This document shows positions 58,176 through 64,000 of a stretch of DNA of 64,000 nucleotides, piece after piece. Position 1 is the first letter of the stretch; the number at the start of each line of letters is the position of its first letter. Source of the DNA: Candidatus Collierbacteria bacterium GW2011_GWA2_42_17. Its GTDB lineage: Bacteria > Patescibacteriota > Microgenomatia > UBA1400 > MFAQ01. The stretch covers positions 116,352 to 180,351 of the forward strand of contig LCDA01000001.1 of the NCBI GenBank assembly GCA_000998275.1, given 5' to 3'. The position numbers and the translations under genes were made by a program. A model generated the notes under the pieces. It was not told where the DNA came from and made no database searches. It saw only the letters and a list, made by a program, of their open reading frames with translations.

Positions 58176-60017
58176 TTAAGTAGTTTGTTGCTTACGTGCT
58201 TCGAGAATTTCCGAGGGTTTAGTGGTGGCCAGAGCATGTTCGTCGGGGGAGGAAATAACTCTTATGGCAACATGGTTTTGTCCAGCAAAGAAAATACCTT
58301 CACCTACACCAGCCGAGACCAAAAGCTGTTTTTCTCCTTGAGAGAGATAAAAGACTTCGGCAATTTGATTGATGGCGGCAGAAGATTGTTTTAGAAGAAA
58401 TTTGAGAGCAGAGTTGGTAATGATGGCTTTACCATAAGGGGAAGCTAAAAAGTCATCTACATTCTGAGAAATGACGGTAACCCCGAGATAGTATTTGCGA
58501 GCACGTTTGACAAAGCCTTGGAGAATTTTGGCAGAGTCTTCGAAACGCATAAGATACCAGGCTTCATCGACAATAAGCATCCGCTTTCGGAGATTTTTGC
58601 GAATCTCGGTCCAGACAAAATCAAGAATCATAAACATAACAATCGGACGGATTTCGTCGGCAAGATCACGCAGAGAAAAAACGGTTATTGGAGCATCAAT
58701 ATTGATATTTGATTGTTGATCAAAAGTGCCCTTGATACTTCCCATGACGTAGCGTTCGAGTCTGGCAGCCAAAACTTTAGCGGTCTGGTCTTCCATACCA
58801 ATGATGGCGCGGTAGAGGTCTTCCATTCGAGGAGGTTCTTGGGTATGAGTGGCAGGATCGTCGGTAATGTTTTTTTGACGATAGGTGAGAACTAGAGCAC
58901 GATTCATAGTGGCTTCTTCCATGGGAGACATAGCACCAATCATTATTTTAAGAAGGGACATGAGGAAGAGGTATTTATAACCCATTTCGTCTTCGGTACT
59001 TTCCGCAGGTCGAGCAATTTGAAAAGGATTAATTTTATGAGGAGAGCTGGAAGAAAAAGAAATATAGTTACCACCAACTGCTTTGGTAACCATTTCATAC
59101 TCATTTTCCGGGTCAAGAATAATAATTTGGGTGTCAAACATAAGAGAGCGGAGAATTTCCAACTTGACGGCGTAAGATTTTCCGGCGCCAGCCGTGGCCA
59201 GAACAAGCATATTGGCATTTTCCAGAGAGAAACGATCAAAAATGATAAGGGAGTCGTTGTGGGCATTAATTCCGTAAAGAATTCCTTGATTGTCGGAGAG
59301 TTCGGAACTGGTAAAAGGAAAGGTGGTGGACAGAGCGGTAGTGTCCATGTTTCGGGTAATCATTAATTTGTCTTTACAGTAAGGAAGGGTGGTCTTGAAA
59401 GCATCCTCCATGGAAAGAGAGGCAACTTTGCTGATGATCAGAAGAGAGGCGAGCATACTTTGAACCTGAGAGGTGACGGTGTTAAGTTCTTTTTCGGACT
59501 CGGCAGAGATACTGATGTAGAGAGAAAATTGAAAAAAACGTTCGGCTCCCTTAACGAGTTGTGCCTGAAGAGACTTGGCATCTTCAAGAGCGGCTTCGGT
59601 AGCTGCTTGGGGAATACGACCCCTTTCAATATCCGTGTTGATCTCGGCTTCCATCTCGGCCAGACGGCGCCTGAGATTGTCTAAGGTGTCTTTGGAGTCA
59701 CTGGGATAGACGTACATAGAAATATCAAGAGAGTGATTGAAGTTTATGAGAGGGGCGAGCCAGTTGGCTGAGACATAGCGAGGATAACCGGTGATAAAGA
59801 GAGTACGGATGTAGTTGTCATCGATTTTTATAAAGGAAAAATCAACTTCAATGGAAGAAGGAGCTAAGACATCCTGAATTGAGGCGGCATTGGCGGTGTC
59901 TTTGATAGCCGAAAGGGGAGCTCGAGGTTTTTCTTCCTTGGGTGTGACAGGAGATGCCGCTACTGTTGGTATAGTTTCGGTCTTTTTGGCACCAAGAGAG
60001 AAGAGATTTAACCCCAT
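58176..60017 (-). CDS. VirB4/TraC/TrsE-family type IV secretion ATPase, short Gram-positive-type form of 613 aa.
   Basis: Walker A is LVLATAGAGKSYAV and Walker B is RMLIVDEAWYLM. The C-terminal motif reads VTVISQNVDDF, and the N-terminal VirB4-type domain contains YIRTLFITGYPRYVSANWL. Confidence 0.7.
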   Translation of the reverse strand: MGLNLFSLGAKKTETIPTVAASPVTPKEEKPRAPLSAIKDTANAASIQDVLAPSSIEVDFSFIKIDDNYIRTLFITGYPRYVSANWLAPLINFNHSLDISMYVYPSDSKDTLDNLRRRLAEMEAEINTDIERGRIPQAATEAALEDAKSLQAQLVKGAERFFQFSLYISISAESEKELNTVTSQVQSMLASLLIISKVASLSMEDAFKTTLPYCKDKLMITRNMDTTALSTTFPFTSSELSDNQGILYGINAHNDSLIIFDRFSLENANMLVLATAGAGKSYAVKLEILRSLMFDTQIIILDPENEYEMVTKAVGGNYISFSSSSPHKINPFQIARPAESTEDEMGYKYLFLMSLLKIMIGAMSPMEEATMNRALVLTYRQKNITDDPATHTQEPPRMEDLYRAIIGMEDQTAKVLAARLERYVMGSIKGTFDQQSNINIDAPITVFSLRDLADEIRPIVMFMILDFVWTEIRKNLRKRMLIVDEAWYLMRFEDSAKILQGFVKRARKYYLGVTVISQNVDDFLASPYGKAIITNSALKFLLKQSSAAINQIAEVFYLSQGEKQLLVSAGVGEGIFFAGQNHVAIRVISSPDEHALATTKPSEILEARKQQTT

Positions 60018-60044
60018 GATTTAAGTATAACCTAAGGTCATTAA

Positions 60045-60698
60045 TTAGGAATTAGCGGGGATATTGGTGGGGATTGAACTTATGGTGGTTGAGCTCTGGT
60101 TGTAGATGGTGTAGAAGAAGGTAACGAGTTCGCTGGTAGTGAGTTGAGAAGCTTTGAGACCAATACGGGCAAATTGTCTAATCAAATGGTCTCGACGAGG
60201 ATAAAGAACGGTAGAGGCCTTTTCTTCAATATAGACAAGGTCAAAGGGCGGTTTTTGAGGAGCTTTGGCAAAAGGATTAAAAGATGATTTTGAGAGACCG
60301 AGTTCAATTTCGGAGAAAGGAATAATGACATAAAATTTCTTTTCCAAAACACGATTTTCCTTGACTAGAGATTTAACAAATTGACGATAAGCCAGAAGTT
60401 GCTCCTTTATTTTTTGTGAGGAGACGGATTGAATACGAGTGTCAATAAGGCCAAGGTAGTCAGAGATATTTTTCCTTTGGGAACGGACAAGAATTTGAAT
60501 AGGGAAAGAAAGAGAGTTTAAGAGACCGGCGTAGGCATAAATGGTGGCATCTTGTTCTTCTTCGGAGAGAAGGTTGAAGTTTATAGCTGTAGTTTTGAGA
60601 ACCAGAGCAGCTGAGCCATCTTTAAGGAAAACAAGGTGATCTTTAATGGCGTAGATATCGAGATGTTCTTGGGTGGAGGCTTTGATGTTGTCGGGCAT
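60045..60698 (-). CDS. Hypothetical soluble protein of 217 aa encoded between the PrgI-like protein and VirB4; a T4SS-module component of unknown role.
   Basis: The call rests on operon context only. No motifs were recognised. Confidence 0.3.
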   Translation of the reverse strand: MPDNIKASTQEHLDIYAIKDHLVFLKDGSAALVLKTTAINFNLLSEEEQDATIYAYAGLLNSLSFPIQILVRSQRKNISDYLGLIDTRIQSVSSQKIKEQLLAYRQFVKSLVKENRVLEKKFYVIIPFSEIELGLSKSSFNPFAKAPQKPPFDLVYIEEKASTVLYPRRDHLIRQFARIGLKASQLTTSELVTFFYTIYNQSSTTISSIPTNIPANS

Positions 60699-60700
60699 GT

Positions 60701-61594
60701 TTATTGAGCTTGAATTTTTAGAGGTTTAACAATTTCTCCGGTGAGTTCTAAGGAGTAGGGAGCAAAAGAAAAACCTTCTTTTTCGGCAAGAATTTGAAAT
60801 AGACCGGAGTCTAGAGGGCGAGCAAACATAAACTGTCCGAGTTTGTTGCTCTTGGTAGCACGGAGAGTGAGGTTGTCTTTTTTGATTTCGACCAAAACAG
60901 AGTCAAGAATGTGGCCGGAGGGAGTTAGGGTAAGGCCAACGAGTGTATTGGGTGTGGTGGAAGTAAAAGGAATGGGAAGATTTACTGTGGGGGCGGGAGT
61001 TTTTGTTGATGTGACAGGTTGGGTTGGGGGTAGGGGCTGAGAGGAAACGTTGGGTGTTGGGATTGGTTCTTGAGTGGTTGGCATTGGTTCCGGAACAACA
61101 ACTGTTGGGGTAACAACTGTTTCGGTAATAGAGGTAGTCACAATTGATTGGGGAACGGGGGTGTTTGGCACGATTTCTGGTTGCTTTGGAGAGATAACAG
61201 GTGGTTGGGTTATTTCAATACGAGCATTGGTAACCGGTTGAGTGACTTGGAGATTGTTTTCTTTGGTGGGGACGGCGGTTTCGGTTCCGGCAGCAGTGGC
61301 CGGAGTTCTTTTCCAGGAGTATTGGGTGGGTGAGTAGATTGATTTAATGAAGGCAATCAACCAGACATCAAGAGAACGACCTTGAACAGGGAGAAAGGCC
61401 ATACCAACACCAAGAAGAAGAAAAGCAAAAACAATGGGATATTTAAAGAAGAAGGGTAAGGGAATACTGTAGGCAATGATGGCAAAAATGATGCAGACAC
61501 CAAGAGAAGCAAATTGTTTTAAAGTCATGTCACCAATTAGCCTGAAGCGGTAACTACTGATGTCTTGGGGTAAAGGATGCTGTTGAATGGCCAT
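60701..61594 (-). CDS. VirB3/PrgI-like two-transmembrane protein with an N-terminal cytosolic peptide, extended by a Thr/Pro-rich linker and a C-terminal beta-rich domain.
   Basis: After the cytosolic N-terminus (QQHPLPQDISSYRFRLIGDMTLKQFASL) come transmembrane helices VCIIFAIIAYSIPLPFFF and IVFAFLLLGVGMAFL. A ~110-aa Pro/Thr/Val/Gln linker follows, then a folded C-terminal domain. Confidence 0.4.
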   Translation of the reverse strand: MAIQQHPLPQDISSYRFRLIGDMTLKQFASLGVCIIFAIIAYSIPLPFFFKYPIVFAFLLLGVGMAFLPVQGRSLDVWLIAFIKSIYSPTQYSWKRTPATAAGTETAVPTKENNLQVTQPVTNARIEITQPPVISPKQPEIVPNTPVPQSIVTTSITETVVTPTVVVPEPMPTTQEPIPTPNVSSQPLPPTQPVTSTKTPAPTVNLPIPFTSTTPNTLVGLTLTPSGHILDSVLVEIKKDNLTLRATKSNKLGQFMFARPLDSGLFQILAEKEGFSFAPYSLELTGEIVKPLKIQAQ

Positions 61595-61681
61595 AGGTCT
61601 TCATTCAGTATAGCGAATTTGTGGTAAAAAGTAAGATTGATGATATAATTTAGACAGTTATAGGTTTATATTTAACAAGAG

Positions 61682-63871
61682 ATGTCAGAAATACAGTTAA
61701 GTGAGAGAATGCAACGATTAATCGAAAAAAAAGGTGGTATTCCCGGTGTGGACAATGTGAGTTTACCAAGAGAACAGAAAACGGAAACTGTACCTTCAAC
61801 TGAAATTGAAAAGAAAATTGACGAATATAATGCTAGTGACGATTTAAGTTTGGTATTGGCAGTTGTTTCTCGTGAGGATCGATCAGATACGACAAGATAT
61901 CTGGAGCATAAAGAGAAGGTTAATGAAGCAAATAACAGATTAAAAGAACACGGAGTAGACGTGGATTCCTTTACAAGACGAGATATACAAGTTGGAACTG
62001 AAGAAGGAAATAAAGTTTTGGGACAAAGAAAAGCAGTTTTGCGAGAAATGTTGGTAAAAATTAAGGAAGATAAAGATTTAAACGATGAGGAAAAAAAGAT
62101 TGTTGACATAATAAATTTGAAGGTGAGTGATTTAAGGAGAAATGAAGAGTTTCAAGGAGAAATAAAAAAAGAAAAACAAACAACAATTGTTCCAAAACAA
62201 GAGAAAGAAAATCCTCCACAAGAAGAGAGAAAAAAATCTGAGACTGATCAGAGATTGGAAAATATTGGGAGATATCCAGCATTGCTCGAACAGAGAAGAG
62301 CGCTGATGACGTTAAGAGATATGTTGGTTAAGAAAGGTGCCTCTCCCGAGGATATTGAGAAAGTGAACGGGGCAGCGAGGGCTCTAACAGAAAAGGAAAA
62401 CCAAAGGATTCAAGAATATAGAGAAAAAGGGGAAATGAGACCGGAACTAGAAGAGTCTTTGAGTAGATACAATGTGGAACTAGAGAAGGCTTATGATATG
62501 TCAGCAAACATAATCAATGTCTATCAGATGTCCCCAATGGAAGGAGTACTAACAAGATCTTTGGCAGAAGTGAGGAGTGTTGGTGTCGATGGTGAAGATC
62601 TTGCTAAGGAATTAGAAAAAGAACTCTTGGACATGGGTCTTTTGCACGACCTGAGATTAATGGTGAATAGTAGGGGGGCTGTTGACGATTCGATGTTGAA
62701 ATACGCATCAGAATTAAAAGGAAAACAATTTGATAGATTAATTCATCTACAAGACAGAATGTCCCAACACGATAATGATGGTGTGACGTTGTGTTTGGCG
62801 AAGATAGATGAAGAGGCAAGGAGATCATATAACGATATCAACGGCAACAAAAACAATATTTTTAAATTGGAAGATCCAAACCTGGAAGATAGAGTCCTCG
62901 AAGCAACAAAGAGTAATAGGCTACACTATTTAATTGCGAGGGATCTTTATCGAGTTACTGGCGGAGAAGCAAGGTACGGTGTGGCCGGATATGCTCATCA
63001 AGATGGTAGTAAGGGGAATGCTTGGGTAATTGAAAAGAATGGTGATGATAATAATGGAGCTTTCTTTAGAAAAGCAATGAATAAGAGAAGAGATCTCGTG
63101 GGGGCGGTGGATTCAACAGCTAGTGGAAATTATGTCTTAAGATACTGGCCAGAACTTTGGAAACATCTTGACCCCGGAGTGAGTAGTTTTTGGGAAAAGC
63201 TATGGTCCGACGCAGAAAAAGCTGCTGGGGAAAATGCTAGTTTTTTTAAAACTCAGAGCGAAATCCGTATGAAAGTTGATAATGAGGTTGGTATTCCACC
63301 AAGAGAGTATGCTGTTTTGACAGTAGAAGCTTTAAGAAACTTGAGGCTTGGGGTAGAAGAGCCAGGAAAGGTGTCTTTAGATAATGAGATAGCGTTTAAT
63401 ACATGGCTGGAAACCATAGGAAAAGTGTCAACGACGATGTCAAAAGAGATACAGTACATGAGCAACCCAAACTTTAAATCTTTTCAGTCGATACTTGGAG
63501 TAGATTATTACCCAGTGATAATGAGAGAAAGATTAAAGGATGGAAAAAAAATTAGGATTAATAGAGAACAATATTTATTGGAAAGATTGGGAGATCTGGT
63601 TGAAAATTACAAAAAATCTCAGACGATGTCACTGACTCAGATGGCAAAAGAATTAAATGAATATAGAGTTTCTGGTTTTTTGTTCAGAACTGACGAGGAA
63701 CTGAAGGATTTTAAGAAAAGATATGGAATTCCAGAAGGAGGAAAGGCCGAGGATCTTCAAAACTTAAAAGATTTTGGAAAAAAACTTACTGGGAAAGATA
63801 GCGGTGCCCGTAAGGTGGCGGGTAGTGTTGCGGGCGATATTCTAGAAAAAATTCTTAAGGGAGGATTCTAA
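61682..63871 (+). CDS. Hypothetical 729-aa protein with a Lys/Glu-rich coiled-coil N-terminal half and a globular C-terminal half, transcribed divergently from the T4SS-like module.
   Basis: It has no transmembrane helices or signal peptide, and no catalytic motif such as a relaxase HUH was recognised. Confidence 0.3.
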   Translation: MSEIQLSERMQRLIEKKGGIPGVDNVSLPREQKTETVPSTEIEKKIDEYNASDDLSLVLAVVSREDRSDTTRYLEHKEKVNEANNRLKEHGVDVDSFTRRDIQVGTEEGNKVLGQRKAVLREMLVKIKEDKDLNDEEKKIVDIINLKVSDLRRNEEFQGEIKKEKQTTIVPKQEKENPPQEERKKSETDQRLENIGRYPALLEQRRALMTLRDMLVKKGASPEDIEKVNGAARALTEKENQRIQEYREKGEMRPELEESLSRYNVELEKAYDMSANIINVYQMSPMEGVLTRSLAEVRSVGVDGEDLAKELEKELLDMGLLHDLRLMVNSRGAVDDSMLKYASELKGKQFDRLIHLQDRMSQHDNDGVTLCLAKIDEEARRSYNDINGNKNNIFKLEDPNLEDRVLEATKSNRLHYLIARDLYRVTGGEARYGVAGYAHQDGSKGNAWVIEKNGDDNNGAFFRKAMNKRRDLVGAVDSTASGNYVLRYWPELWKHLDPGVSSFWEKLWSDAEKAAGENASFFKTQSEIRMKVDNEVGIPPREYAVLTVEALRNLRLGVEEPGKVSLDNEIAFNTWLETIGKVSTTMSKEIQYMSNPNFKSFQSILGVDYYPVIMRERLKDGKKIRINREQYLLERLGDLVENYKKSQTMSLTQMAKELNEYRVSGFLFRTDEELKDFKKRYGIPEGGKAEDLQNLKDFGKKLTGKDSGARKVAGSVAGDILEKILKGGF

Positions 63872-64000
63872 GATTGGTTTAGTGTGGAGAATAATTCAAA
63901 GCTTTACTCTTCGAAGAGTGACGGTTTATGCACTTTTCTTACTGAGTGATTGATCAACTACTCAGGCGAGGGTGTAGGGGTGGTACCACCGCCCGCTCCT

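Noticed and set aside
61682-63871. A test of whether the 729-aa protein is a relaxase.
   Set aside because: No HUH/HxH histidine triad or catalytic-Tyr N-terminal motif was found. The N-terminus is coiled-coil and Lys/Glu-rich rather than showing a relaxase fold signature.

Overview
This window looks like a small-genome, Gram-positive-type bacterium, possibly Candidate Phyla Radiation/Patescibacteria-like. That lineage guess rests only on gene content (FemAB paralogues, truncated aminoacyl-tRNA synthetases, many Thr/Pro-linker surface proteins, a CxxC-x17-CxxC protein) and cannot be verified here. The window spans the chromosomal origin region: rpmH-rnpA-yidD-yidC-jag on the minus strand, then dnaA-dnaN on the plus strand with DnaA boxes between them. 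Housekeeping genes are recognisable by conserved motifs: tpiA, pcrA, ung, an alkA-like glycosylase, metG, tatD, gap, pgk, groES/groEL with a CIRCE operator, tsaD, valS, rplY, rnhA, and an AddA-like helicase-nuclease next to rmuC. Two envelope-glycopolymer gene sets are present. The first is a UGM-like flavoenzyme, a large polytopic membrane protein and an LCP ligase. The second is a processive GT2 synthase, an MraY/WecA-like transferase, a UbiA prenyltransferase and a PEGA/SH3b lipoprotein. The most unusual content is a type IV secretion-like module next to the origin: a VirB4-like ATPase, a PrgI/VirB3-like membrane protein, an 887-aa coiled-coil/transmembrane protein ending in an M23 peptidase, and secreted partners. 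About 20 kb away, next to groESL, sits a TraG/VirD4-like coupling ATPase fused to a Nudix hydrolase domain. Other notable items are a free-standing AT-rich LAGLIDADG homing endonuclease beside tRNA-Cys, a double CxxC-x17-CxxC zinc-ribbon protein with an Arg/Gly-rich linker and a Lys-rich tail, tandem FemAB paralogues, and a Wzy_C/PglL-like ligase near a large extracellular protein. No CRISPR array or rRNA was seen.
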